The notes: generated by a model not told the origin, from the letters alone. DNA of 63,389 bases, filler included, from Globobulimina sp. (GCA_003354225.1; 35 parts of 35 records of this genome joined end to end with filler, not necessarily neighbours in it), one strand, 5' to 3'. Counted from the first letter of the whole stretch, positions 24,628-37,440 are shown. A program made the numbers and translations.

Positions 24628-25302
24628 TCAACGAATGAATCCTTTGACATCTGCCAAATCATTGAAATTGTGATATTCGACATAAACCAGATAGGACATC
24701 AATAGTGACCCAGAAACATGCCACAAAATATGAAATATTCTGAATTTGCCGGCTGTTTCTGCTTTTCGTGAACAACGAAGAAAATGCAGTGTTATTGGAG
24801 TGCCAATCAACATTACAAAAAAATCCACTGTGTTTAGTGAGACAAGTAAGAGTGGCTTGGCAAGGTTTATAATACAACAAATGGTCGCAGTCCATCTATC
24901 AAATAAATGCCAGACAGACACTCGACCAGCATTCATATAATCAGCCAAAAAACTATTGCATGACACTACAACATACAATGCCATTTCATACGATGCAGAG
25001 AAGCGTATATTTAAAGGAATAGCGAACCATAACAATGTCAGTCCTGGAGCTAAATATGCAAAGCATGATACACCAATTGTCCAATCTGTCCAGTTTTTAT
25101 GTGACGGTGCTAACTCATCAGGGAAGTCTCGTGATTTTGGTGACGTACCATCATTAAGCTGAGCATATGCTGCACAAAATGCATATCGTAATAAGTCTGC
25201 TTCCATATGACCGCGAGTTTCATGATTTAACACACACCCTAGTTCTGCATCTATCAACCAATCATTTAGCGGCTGAGGTATTTTAGTCTCATTAATATTT
25301 TC
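24628..25302 (-). CDS. Chimeric ORF: bacterial-type DNA (cytosine-5) methyltransferase fragment (about 25090..25302) fused to a multi-TM CREST-like membrane protein
   Basis: WLID..LGCVLNHETRGHMEADLLRYAF..PKSRDFPDELAPSHKNW, followed by hydrophobic helices with SFLADY, WHLFDR and FHILWH. Confidence 0.6.
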   Translation of the reverse strand, partial: ENINETKIPQPLNDWLIDAELGCVLNHETRGHMEADLLRYAFCAAYAQLNDGTSPKSRDFPDELAPSHKNWTDWTIGVSCFAYLAPGLTLLWFAIPLNIRFSASYEMALYVVVSCNSFLADYMNAGRVSVWHLFDRWTATICCIINLAKPLLLVSLNTVDFFVMLIGTPITLHFLRCSRKAETAGKFRIFHILWHVSGSLLMSYLVYVEYHNFNDLADVKGFIR

Positions 25303-25501
25303 TTAAAAAANNNNNNNNNNNNNNNNNNNNNNNNNNNNNNNNNNNNNNNNNNNNTTAATTAATTAANNNNNNNNNNNNNNNNNNNNNNNNNNNNNNNNNN
25401 NNNNNNNNNNCTATACTCAAAACGTATGAGCTGTTGTTATAGTCACAGCCTTTGGACTCTGTATATATAGATAAGGACGAATTAAGTGCTTTTAGAGCAC
25501 T

Positions 25502-25954
25502 TTAATATATCACATAACTTATATGAGTGTGGTTTGATGTTGGAATACAATCTATACTCAAAACGTATGAACTATTATTACCCACTGAAAATGGAAATAT
25601 TTCAATTGTGTATGCACCAGCTGCCATATTTGTAATTGTAAAATTTTCAGCGTAATAACCTCCATTCGAACAATAACCACACCAATCTCCATTAGGGCAA
25701 TATTCATCAATTATGTCATTCTCTAAACGATCCTCAATAAATAAATATATATCAGCATCACTGTAACAATCATCAAAATTTACATCATATGAATCATTAA
25801 TGATAAGTTGGTAAATATGTGATTCATCGTTGGTAAATATCTCGTCTGATACTACATTTCCACATGTAATATTTTCAGGTATCACAAGCAGACTGTTGAC
25901 GCTATCCAATAAATGTATTATGACAAATATTGTCACTAATTTGGCGGTGGACAT
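25502..25954 (-). CDS. Secreted protein with a PPC-like beta-sandwich domain (probably continues by splicing)
   Basis: Signal peptide, then ITCG..HIYQL..VNFDDC.SD..ENFTI..AGAYTIEI..YVLSIDC. Confidence 0.55.
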   Translation of the reverse strand: MSTAKLVTIFVIIHLLDSVNSLLVIPENITCGNVVSDEIFTNDESHIYQLIINDSYDVNFDDCYSDADIYLFIEDRLENDIIDEYCPNGDWCGYCSNGGYYAENFTITNMAAGAYTIEIFPFSVGNNSSYVLSIDCIPTSNHTHISYVIY

Positions 25955-26144
25955 TGTATAAATGCAGCAGTAAAATATTATTATTTTGTTTTTTCATAGT
26001 TTTTGAGTAGGGAAGACTAGCTATTTGACGTTTGGTTTGGTTTAGTAGGTATATATCAACGTACATGATCATGAACATAATGTCAAAACATCTGCAAATC
26101 ATTCTCAAACAATGGATTTATCTCATTTCACTTTATCACTTCAC

Positions 26145-27073
26145 TCACTTAAATCCATATGGTCGAACTTTATATGTTAACTTCTGAGAATACATATGCG
26201 CGAATACAAATCGTCGCGCCCACCAGAAAAATCCAATACCAGTAAATGTCCACATCCACATTACAAATCCAACCTGTTTTGACCTATCCATATTCCGCCA
26301 ATAACCCCAGGCTAAAAACTCCGTGATATCGGCAGACATTTGAGTCACAGTCGCCGGTGTACCGTCGGGAAATTCCACTGCACCGTCCATCAAAGGTGGC
26401 GGCATTGCAATTCCTCCTCCATCCATATATGGATTGAAATACTGAGTTGCAGACAATTCAACTCCTGGTGGTACCTCCTCACTGTATCCAATCAAAAGTT
26501 GAAATAAATAATTTGCTCCGCCCCGTCGTGCACCTGTAATGATGGACAAATCGGGCGGATATGCGCCTATATAATACATGCAAAAATATTGCAATTTTGC
26601 GATTTTGCGCACTCAAAATGACTCAATTCACAATAAATATAACCTGAGTTTGCAGCTCGTGCGGCCTGTTCGTTTTTATATGGTGCCGGTACGACATCTG
26701 TTAACTGCCCGGGACGTAAAAACATTTCGCCTTCATCATCGGGACCATCTTCTATCATAGCTTCACCTGCTTCCGTCTTGGCTTGTTTTTCAGTGAATAT
26801 TAAGCCCACTAAATGTCGGTAACATAAATATTTCATTGAATGACAAGAGGAACACACTTCTTTGTACACTTGATATCCTCTCCGCATTGCAGATACATCA
26901 TAGGATTTATTCCATTTCTCAAACTCCCAATGATAATGAGGTATGTGTGATTGCACGGTGTCTCCGGCAATGGCTACGGTTGAACCTGCCGCAAAATATA
27001 ACGCAGAGGCAGGCGCTATTATGGTTGTTCCTAGTAGCGTTTTTTTCGCAAATGAAAGGCATCGTTGATACAT
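26145..27073 (-). CDS. CYC1: Mitochondrial cytochrome c1; intron 26567..26643
   Basis: RRGYQVYKEVCSSCHSM haem motif, EQAARAANSG|AYPPDLS, IAMPPPL, DGTPATVTQM and a C-terminal TM helix. Confidence 0.97.
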
Positions 27074-27259
27074 TATCACACTGTTTTTTTCGCGACTAAA
27101 AAAAAACTTCAGTACCGTATGTTTNNNNNNNNNNNNNNNNNNNNNNNNNNNNNNNNNNNNNNNNNNNNTTAATTAATTAANNNNNNNNNNNNNNNNNNNN
27201 NNNNNNNNNNNNNNNNNNNNNNNNGCACGACTACAATAGAAAACAAACGGCCTTAAAGA

Positions 27260-28507
27260 ATGTCTGAAACTCAAATTCCTGCGGCTGTCTATTCCAGGAA
27301 GGAATTGTCCAATATGAAAATGGAAGAGTTAAAGCAGAAAATATGCGATTTACAAGCAATTATATACGCTGATGATACTGCAAAAGAAAATATTGCAAAT
27401 AGAATGAAAGAATTGCGAACTGAGCAAAAGCTAAAACAAAGCGCTCTAAAATCGATAACAAATGAAATGAATCAATATTTTGCTGGTCGCAAACAAATTA
27501 TGTCAAAGAATAATCAGATATGCGATTCCTTACAGGAATTAAGAAAGGAATTTAATGAACAAATGTATAAAATGGAAAATTTCAAATTATTATGTCAAAA
27601 AAAACAAAACAAAAAAGATAAAGACAAATCCAGCAAAACGGAGAAATTAACCCAACAAAACAACAAATTACACGCAGAACTTCGTAAATCGTACATGATT
27701 CAAACTGATATCGACGAAATGGATAAAATCGACCAATTGATAACAAAAAGAAATTATTTATTGTCGGAAATAAATGAAATTAAAAAAGAATGCTTTAAAA
27801 TACAAACAGAGAAAAACAGAAAAACGGTTTGTAATAAATTAGAATTGGAGATATTATCCGCAATTTGCTCAATGCGAGAATCAAAAATCAAAACAAAAGA
27901 AACCGTAACAACATCGCAAAGTAGCCGTAAGCGACAAAATATAAATACGGAAATTTTAAATGAAAATCGAAAGAAATTGAAAGATAAATTGGAAGAAATT
28001 GAATCGGAATTGACAGAATATACAAATTTAAACATTTATTGTTCGCCATCTGTATCGGTAAGAAATAGTATTACGAGTTTCCCGGATAATATTTCCGTGG
28101 TTTCTGAATCATCGCAATATGACATGAATGATAATGAAAGTAAGCAATCCATTAATAATTTGATTCAATATTTGCAGGATTTTTTGCCGTTGAAAATGAG
28201 GAAACAAATTGAAACATTAAAAATGCAAATAAATGATCTGGAAATTAATGATGGCTTCAATGCGTTTGATGATATTGTCGGAAATATGAGCTTTGAATTA
28301 CAAAATAAACATTGTAGTGACAACAAAGAGAATGAAAAAGAAATGACTCAGTTTTATTTGAATCATAATATGGACACATTTGATGAATTTGGGAAATTGG
28401 ACATTAAAATACCATTAATTATAACTGATATTCCGCGAGTAATCAAAACTTTGCTCGAGAGAATGAATGCTATTCAGCAAAATAGCAAATTGTTTGCAAT
28501 GGTTTGA
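27260..28507 (+). CDS. Coiled-coil protein, possibly Bfr1/PPI1-like
   Basis: 415-aa complete ORF with long heptads and C-terminal LNHNMDTFDEFGKLDIKIP..DIP. The family call is tentative. Confidence 0.55.
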   Translation: MSETQIPAAVYSRKELSNMKMEELKQKICDLQAIIYADDTAKENIANRMKELRTEQKLKQSALKSITNEMNQYFAGRKQIMSKNNQICDSLQELRKEFNEQMYKMENFKLLCQKKQNKKDKDKSSKTEKLTQQNNKLHAELRKSYMIQTDIDEMDKIDQLITKRNYLLSEINEIKKECFKIQTEKNRKTVCNKLELEILSAICSMRESKIKTKETVTTSQSSRKRQNINTEILNENRKKLKDKLEEIESELTEYTNLNIYCSPSVSVRNSITSFPDNISVVSESSQYDMNDNESKQSINNLIQYLQDFLPLKMRKQIETLKMQINDLEINDGFNAFDDIVGNMSFELQNKHCSDNKENEKEMTQFYLNHNMDTFDEFGKLDIKIPLIITDIPRVIKTLLERMNAIQQNSKLFAMV

Positions 28508-29038
28508 CATTTCTGTCTTTGTGAATTATTTATTTAATAGTAAAGTAACAAGGGAATGCCATGAGACTTGAATCTGATATGCTCCGTTGAAAAATATATT
28601 TCATTCAATTATACTTTTATTTGTATATAATTCACTCCATTTGAAAGTATTACAAATTTCGAAACGATGCAACTTTGTAAGTGATGTTTTTTGAATGCTC
28701 AAAACTTTTATTTTCATAAAACAGTACTTTTTTGGATTTTTTATATTTCGGTGAAAAAAATAATTCCTCGATTTCCGAAAAAAATAATTTCCATGATCCC
28801 AATGAAAAAAATAATTCCGTGATTCCGTAAAAATTCAAATATATTTGTTCCGTGATATAAGGGGTTGTTCTTATATTGCGCAATATAAATTGAGACCTAG
28901 GACCTAGGTACCATGATATTGCAATTAAGGATGCCTAGNNNNNNNNNNNNNNNNNNNNNNNNNNNNNNNNNNNNNNNNNNNNTTAATTAATTAANNNNNN
29001 NNNNNNNNNNNNNNNNNNNNNNNNNNNNNNNNNNNNNN

Positions 29039-30752
29039 TATCATACAGATCGTACACAAAAACTATCCCACTTTGTGGTTAGGTGCGAATTTTATGTGCA
29101 TCGCAGAAAGGAAAATGTTCAAATTTGTGAAAACGAATAAATTGCACAAGATTTTGGGCGGAGTATGGTGCGAGAATTCAGGTATTCGTTTGGCTGAGGA
29201 CGAGTTGGAGGACATATTTGTGCACAATTTCTATAAATTGACGCCCAGAGTATTCAAGGAAGAAATAGAAGATAATTATAATTGCAAATTGGCCATGGCG
29301 AAGAAGCATAGTAACGGCAGTAACACGTCGATCAAATCCAATCACTCCGGCAAGAAAAGAGTGACATTCAGTGCCCTGAGCAACGCGCTCATGAATGGCG
29401 ACAGCAACACAGTGACAATGAGCGTAGACACACCGAGCAATAACACGCCTAAAAAGCCACCGGTCAAACTGGCAAATCATAGGAAATATGGCAAAAAGGA
29501 CGATAGTTTTGCCAGACACCGTTTGAATGGGATCAATAAGTACCAATTTGACGGCTTATATTTTGGAGGCGTTGATTTGAAGCAAGGCAAATGTATCAAA
29601 ATACCCACACAAAAATCTATACGTACGCGGCGACGTACTTATTCTGCACAATCTGTCGACGTTATTGGTCTGCTTCCGAACGGCACAAAATCGTCATCGC
29701 CGCACTCTGCGTCACCCGCTAGAAAGTGCGACACACCGCAGACTTATTCGTATAAATACAAACAGCAAAAAGGGTATAAATATATAACACGACATACAAA
29801 GAAATACAGATATTATGTTAATTTTTGCACATTATGTATACGTATTTTTTTTGCGTATTATATTTGTGTATTCATGATTATTAATGTACAGATTTACAGC
29901 GTTTAATCTGTCGCGTAATGGTCGCTCTAAGTCGCAGCATTCAGGTTCGCCCAAAAAAAACAAAAACCGGAACAAGAATATGCGAAACAGCTTGAAATTA
30001 CGCAAATCATTGTCGACGCAAATAATCGCCGACGACGAGACTGTGTTAGCGACCATTTCCAGCGAAGACGAGCCCAAAAAACTCGAGAAAATGTCAAAAT
30101 CGCACAGCTTGACAAAAAAACATCGAAATATCCCCAAATCGATCACAACCAAACCCGCCGAACGACACAATGTCATCCATCCACATTCCACCGTTGGTTA
30201 TAAATATCACATCACACCAAAATGGAAAAGCAAAAAACACAAAAAACACCCCTCCAAACATAAAAATACGCATAAAACGAGCAAGAACCACAAAAAAATC
30301 TACAGCATGACCGACAGTGAAATTGATGCAGACATCGAGGCAGCGATTGATGCATTTTTCTCCTCCACCTCTTTAAAAGTAGCCAACTCGTTGGATATCA
30401 ATGACGTTGCACCGAAGTCGCCCATCACCCCCAACGACGACGACGATGACAACGAATCTAACCCCTCTCCGCCACCATTACCTAAGTCGCCTTCCACGCC
30501 GACCTTAAATCTGTCCAGAAACAACATAAAATTGCACAACATGGCGTTGCATCGCCCACTGGACAGTCATAGCACGGATAGCCTCGCCCTCAATAGGCAT
30601 TCCCATTCGATGCCGCATGATCTGCCGTTACGTGACCATGACACACAAACGACGCAAGAGACGCGGAGCAGTTCGGCTTCGTATTCCGAGGGAGATCTGG
30701 ATGCAACGAGTGTATATTCGCACACTTCGCAAGTGAGTGAGGCGTGGAGCGA
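29039..30752 (+). CDS. Low-complexity Lys/Ser/His-rich hypothetical protein, internal fragment; intron about 29817..29891
   Basis: Two long overlapping ORFs bridged by gttaat..tacag. Confidence 0.55.
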
Positions 30753-30852
30753 NNNNNNNNNNNNNNNNNNNNNNNNNNNNNNNNNNNNNNNNNNNNTTAA
30801 TTAATTAANNNNNNNNNNNNNNNNNNNNNNNNNNNNNNNNNNNNNNNNNNNN

Positions 30853-31549
30853 ATCGTTATCGCGTTGTGTAGCTTTGTTTTGTTCAGAATTCCAAAAATT
30901 CGCTCGCAAATATTTCCTTCCTGGTGCTGTACACTGATAATTTCCATCTATTTGATTATCAAAAGACGCAATTGTTTGAATCTCTGGCTTGATCATTAAC
31001 AAATCATCCATTAATCTCATTTGCTGATTCAAGCCCCAATATCCTGCAATAAAAGATACGCAAATATTAATTATATCATCGCCAATTTCATTGTTTGATA
31101 CTGCACAAATTACCATTTTCAGTCGTATTAAATTCATCAAAATGTTTTCGTTGTATACGTTGTGGATTTGTAGGCCTTGGAAACGCCATTTGTGCGAAAT
31201 GGAATCTACTGTCTTTTCCTGTGTATGCGTGGTGGTGGAGATATTTTATTTGTTTGTGAGTTGTGTGGAACTTATATTCATACAAATTACCAACTTTATA
31301 ATTAGGATACTTATGTTTAATGTACAAATTAAATCTCAAATCGTATCTTTGTGCATCAATAATACCATCAGATACGATCCAACAATAAATAAATGGATAA
31401 TTTAATTTCGCAATAATATCATTGTAATGTTCTGTATTATTTACAATGCGTTTAAATGAAGAATCTTTTTCTTCTCTTAAAATACCAATACAGTTCGCAA
31501 TACAATCCACCGTATATGTCGTTGACGCAGTCCTCTCATTTAAAGCCAT
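30853..31549 (-). CDS. Paralog of the central part of the 5571..7160 protein, without MATH; intron 31044..31113; 3' partial
   Basis: Near-identical DCIANCIGILREEKD..HHHAYTGKDSRFH..GLNQQMRLMDDLL. Confidence 0.8.
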
Positions 31550-31595
31550 TGTACTGGTCAATTGTTACCCAAAAACGTTTCAGTTTGTGTAAATA

Positions 31596-32566
31596 ATGGG
31601 TTCTTTTGTCGGCTTGTGTCTGTTAGCTTCCATCTGTACAAACAGTGCATATTTATGGACACAGTCAGTAGGTGATGCAAACGGTGGTGACAGTTGCGTC
31701 ACATGCACCTTAGTAACAGCCATCATTGCTCAAACTGGTGAATTATACGATATACCACCAATGCAAGCATTTGAAAGATTCTGTTCATATTTCGCACAAG
31801 ATATATTGCATGACGCATGCGCTGCAGCTCGATTATTATATGGACCAAACATAGCACAATACTTAAATATGGGATATAATGCGGATGAAACATGCTTTGC
31901 ATTGAATGCCTGCAATGACGCTGATGGTCCAATGTGTCGATTATTTCCTGCATCCAATAAAGATGAAGTTGTTAAGCAAGAAACGTTAAATAATGGCATT
32001 AACTCAGAACCAGCAATCTGTAATATTACAGAGTTTAAACCAATATGTGCTGTGATAGAGAGATGGGCTGATAATCATTATCCAGTGGACGACATTGATG
32101 GGGATAGGTTCAGTGATAAAGACACAATGCGAGGAACAAATTGGAGAGGTAAAGATTGTGACGATTTATCCAAAGATGTGCGTCCAGGAAGAATAGCATT
32201 GGAAAATGATCGATATATTGATTCAAATTGTAATGGCATTTCAGGTGTGAATAATAGATCTGTTCCGTATGAGGATATTTTTTGTAAAGGCACTCAACAA
32301 TTTGGTGTTGCTTTTAAGTATATACTGTATACTGCAGTTTGAGTGGGATATTAAATTAAAGTCAAACAGGTATGGGGTGATTCTGCTGGCGCTCATTTTC
32401 ATATTCCGCCAGAATGGATGAATGTGACGGAAATGAATCAAAAGGTATTTGATCAAACATATTATGTATTGTTGGATGAGTTGGATTGGCCAATGTTGAG
32501 TGCGGCATCGGCCTATTATAACAATACAGAAAGATGGAAATATATTATTCATGGCCCAGTACAATC
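31596..32566 (+). CDS. AOAH: Acyloxyacyl hydrolase (saposin plus GDSL lipase), 3' partial; intron ending at 32369
   Basis: Signal peptide, NGG..CVTC saposin domain, DIDGDRFS..RGTNWRGKDCDD, DSNCNGI, GDSAGAHFHIPPEW, ELDWPMLS. Confidence 0.93.
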
Positions 32567-32787
32567 NNNNNNNNNNNNNNNNNNNNNNNNNNNNNNNNNN
32601 NNNNNNNNNNTTAATTAATTAANNNNNNNNNNNNNNNNNNNNNNNNNNNNNNNNNNNNNNNNNNNNCGGAAAAATCCAGAAAATTAAATCTTAAAGTTAA
32701 AAAAAAAAGAAGAAGAAAAAATATTTTATGACGATATGGCGGATATGCGTTAACGCGCAAATTAAAATTAGTTTATAATTAAAACAA

Positions 32788-34226
32788 TTAGCAACACGTA
32801 TCACATGGATATGAATAATTTTGGAACCAAAATTTATTACGCGTATTATTACCATAATAAAAGTCAATTTGTGCTTGTGATGATTTCATTCCATCAATGA
32901 TGAGCGCATTCCATTCACCACCTTCAGAGACAGATATATATATTGAATTACATATAATTTATAGCATATAGATCTACTTAACAATGATGATAACACGAAT
33001 CAAAAAATGCTGCATGATTTGTACCATATTTTGCATTATTTACATAATTTGCTTCAAATATCCTAGTCATATTAGCACCATACTCGTTTATTAAGGTCGC
33101 ATTTTGTGATTTCAATTCTTGATTATCTTGCCATTTATCATAACGACTTTGTAATGGAAACGTTCTAACATGAACATACGGTGCAGTTTCTTGTGCAAAT
33201 ATACATAAATGTTGATCCGACGCACTTTTATCAGCCATACATTCTTTATTCATCGCATCCGATGCGTTCATCCATTCATAATTCCAATTTGATCCCGACA
33301 CAAATTTGCCACTCCCTTCATATTCCATAAAAAAACCGGAATCTGGCATTGATAAAAAATTCGCACCTAACGGCTTTACAAAAGTGTCATAGATATAATC
33401 AGAATGCAACCATGCGGTTAAACCGCCCGCTGAACAGCCACTGATAAGAACTGTATATTATTAAAAAGACAAAATGTATGCTTTTGTACCGTATTAATTA
33501 CGTACCATCAGTCGCTTTTTCCCAATTAAAAGACTTATCCAATTCGGCAAATACCCCATTTAATATTCTCCAGCCTCTGAAATGTAAATTATTTGCTCCA
33601 TTTAAAACAGTCTCGTTATTACCGGAGAAACTGCCTCCATCACAATACCGCACCCAAACCATATTCCAATTGTACGATAACGGATTTATGCTTTGGTTCG
33701 TTGACATGTATCCAGAATCAAAATTTGCTGTTGGTTTATATGTTAAACTTGAACCTAAATTAGTTGTTGCTCGATCTTGACATGTATTCATACACTGTGC
33801 TATCGCAGTGTCATTACCCTTATTAAATGTTGTATGGCATGGAATGAATTATTTGATATAAATACTAGCTGTGTATACTTAACAGCACACCATCCTCCAC
33901 CTGCATATTAGTGTATATATGGTTAATTTGTCCGTGTATAAGGAAAGTGTATTAATATTTAATAGTACCTAACCTTGGAAGAATACATGGAATTTATTTA
34001 CACCATCATCTGAACCAGGACGCCAATAAAATGCAGGTACGGTACCATCAAGACAAACTGCACCATTTCCATTCATAGCATCTGTTAAATTGACTCTTGT
34101 GCCCAGTGTTTCTATCTCGCCATATACTCGAAAATACTCTTCCACGGATGCATACTCTTTAAAGTCTGGACACAAGGCATAGGCGCCAAAGCATAAAGCA
34201 CCAGAAATGATTATAAATGAACGCAT
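32788..34226 (-). CDS. Pectin acetylesterase/Notum-family secreted esterase; exons 33974..34226, 33884..33900, 33506..33818, 32983..33450, 32788..32921
   Basis: AVCLDGT, FQGGGWC, NWNMVWVRYCDGGSFSG, GCSAGG nucleophile motif, DSGFF, SCYHHC. Four phase-consistent introns. Confidence 0.93.
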
Positions 34227-34480
34227 GCTTTTAGACAGTTTTAGTCACAGTGGTTTTAGTGTACTTGGAATTTAGTAATGTTTTCGAAAACTGTATAAAG
34301 TTTAACGATATCAATATTTGCGATAATATCTGAATATGATCAGATCATTTGTTTTTTTTTTAATCGAGGTATTTTTATGGNNNNNNNNNNNNNNNNNNNN
34401 NNNNNNNNNNNNNNNNNNNNNNNNTTAATTAATTAANNNNNNNNNNNNNNNNNNNNNNNNNNNNNNNNNNNNNNNNNNNN

Positions 34481-36194
34481 TATTTTCAAGGTCAGTTTGA
34501 GATTTATTTTGTATGTTTTGTCTGAATTTATAGCACCAATTCATCACAAATGGGATCCACAAAAAATGAAAGATACTGAATATGATTGATATGGATGCGA
34601 ATATTATTTCAATCAAAGGGTTATTGATAAAAGGAAACACACAAAAACCATTTGATGATTGTGATGATGAGTTATAATCCAACGATAAATCAAAAACAGC
34701 AATCAATGGCAATAATGAATGACTGATACTTTTTGCACTAAATATCTGTGATAAGGATTGGAAATAATATGTCATAATTTTCATGATCATAATGGTCATT
34801 GCGTTTATTTCATCTTTTTTGATTAACTGCTTATAATTTACTTCTTTTCCGGTATACAGCGACTCATTAATTGCTTTTGCGTCAAATAATAAAAAAAGTA
34901 CGAACAACATCGCAATGATCCACACTGGAATTAACCACAATAAATTTACAAAGCTGTCACATTCACCGCATTGCGTTGTGCCTGTCAATGAAATTAATAT
35001 TATTATTAAAATAAATAAAAAAAGCATACCAAATAGTTCATATTTGCCAAACTCACATCGGGCACAACCCGGCATGTTATAATCACGAAACGCAGCGCAA
35101 ACGTTTTCACTTAATTCATAATCTGTTGTTAAAAACGAGCATCCATTCACTGATTGGCAACAATACTGTGGCTATACACAAAAGTATTCATTATATATAA
35201 TATTATTTGCTTGTCACAGTTCAGTAAGTTACTTAACTGCACATTGAATGGAATAAATGGAATCATTTAATTTCACCTCGAATGGTGCAACAAATTCATT
35301 TAAACTTTCATCAAATGCAACAAACCATAAATTATAAGCAATTTGGATGTTTGCTATGCCATTACAACTAATTCCATTCATATTTTCATCATTTGCGCAG
35401 GTAAAACATGCTTTATTTCCTGTTACAATCTTAAACTGGTTAATTACACATTTATTGCAGTCTAATATCAATGAATCAGAATCAATGCCAAATCCTATGG
35501 AACACTCTGCGACTTGGACCATAAATGTATTTATTGACGATGCAAACGTAACACTTTCAAGCTCATTAATGGATGTTATCGATATTGTAATGGGATCTGT
35601 CCTTATTTGGGATGGTATGATGGCTACAATGCCATCAACACATTGCTTACAGATACCATATAAATCACATATTTGATGACATTCGCCTTGTTTAATGTGA
35701 ATCTGATGGTTGATTCCAACAACGGCTTCTTGTGAAATCAAGGAAAACTTTACAGTGGATGTTGAAAATAATTCTAACGCATCAAAACTACATCCTGTAA
35801 CAGCAAAATTTGTCGAGGAATAATTATCTGTCCATCTATTTCATTGAAATTAACCATTCCATAATAACGTTTTAAATAAAACACTGTATTTGAATATGGC
35901 TCAACACTCATTATTGTGTTATAAAACGCATCAAAATATGCAAATGTACCATCATAAGAGGTATCATTCAATGTCCACATAATACGACTCTTACAATTAA
36001 ATATTTGAATATTGAGCACATTATATACATCGGTTGGAAATATGTAAATACTGTCTTGCAGCAATATTGTATGAATTTTCGTGCTCTTCCGATTCAATGA
36101 AATGTTAACGAGTGTGATGTTGTCATATATCATGTTATATTCATAAATTGCATCAATACCAAGCAATTGCGACACTGTGGCACCGCCAAATATA
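34481..36194 (-). CDS. Large Cys-rich multi-pass membrane protein (protist GCC2/GCC3-like ectodomain plus TM region), internal spliced fragment
   Basis: ECSIGFG..CNKC..CFTC..CNG, CAAFRD..GCARCEFG, followed by several TM helices. Confidence 0.6.
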
Positions 36195-36294
36195 NNNNNN
36201 NNNNNNNNNNNNNNNNNNNNNNNNNNNNNNNNNNNNNNTTAATTAATTAANNNNNNNNNNNNNNNNNNNNNNNNNNNNNNNNNNNNNNNNNNNN

Positions 36295-37226
36295 TTTAAT
36301 GTCGGCATTTGCCTCACAAGCATTCTTCGAAGAGTTAGCTACGCAATTTTTTCCGGCTGTAGTCTATCAAATATTTAATGTGCAAATGTTTACTTTAACC
36401 ATACGCTGGAAATTGATATTTAAGATCCCTGTGGTTGCTGATAAATACATTTATGTTCCAATACCGGCCATAAATAGTCAAAAAAGTTAAGAATACACAT
36501 CATATTCTAAACAAATAAATAATTTGCATGGATAACCAAAAAGGCAGCGGCAGCGCAGACGAGCTCGAGGATGAATACAAGGTACATTTATTAAATATAA
36601 TTGCATTGATCCTCGGCTGTGTAGTGGCATATTTATGGTATGCATGGGACCAATACTGGTTATTCAATAACTTAATAGGAATATCCCTGAGTATTCAAGC
36701 CATTTCATATTTAAATCCGGGAAGTTATTATACAGCGACTGTGCTGTTGGTATTATTGTTTTTTTATGACATATTTTGGGTGTTTGGTACTGATGTGATG
36801 GTGACAGTGGCAAAGAATTTGAAAGCACCCATAAAATTGATATTTCCTCGTCCCTCCATCTCAGATAAGCCAAACATGTTAGGTTTAGGTGACATTGTTT
36901 TGCCTGGGATTTACATTGCATTGTTGTTACGATACGATGTACAACAGACATTTAAAAAGATTGACTTTAAAAATATCACACAAAAAGGCTTAGCGCAGTT
37001 GCCTGAATTGAATATGAATACGTTTTATCTATCATTGATCTGTTATTTGGGCTCTTTAGCCGCCTGTTTGGTGTTTATGTGGGTGTTTGAATCGCCGCAA
37101 CCCGCATTGTTGTATATTGTGCCTGGCGTTATTATACCGATATTATTAGTTGCCACCATTCGAGGCGATATAAATACATTATGGACTTATGATGAAGAAC
37201 CTGATCAACAAAAAAAACAAGATTGA
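36295..37226 (+). CDS. Signal peptide peptidase (GxGD aspartyl protease A22B), 5' partial, spliced
   Basis: FFYDIFWVFGTDVMVTVAK, LGLGDIVLPG, QPALLYIVP. Confidence 0.95.
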
Positions 37227-37440
37227 ACTAACTCTAAAGCAATAAACATTTTTTTTTAAGAACTCTTTCCTTAATTTACAGCTATCTTTCGCAGTTAGTA
37301 ACCGTTTCCAAAACAAATCGTTTTTTTGTAAAAAAAACAAAATCCGATTAGCAATTTACTACCGTGTTGCGTCCTGAACCATGCTAGTTCAGTCAGTTGG
37401 TTTGTAATACTCGTTCAGTAGATCTTTAATTAGACTTTCT

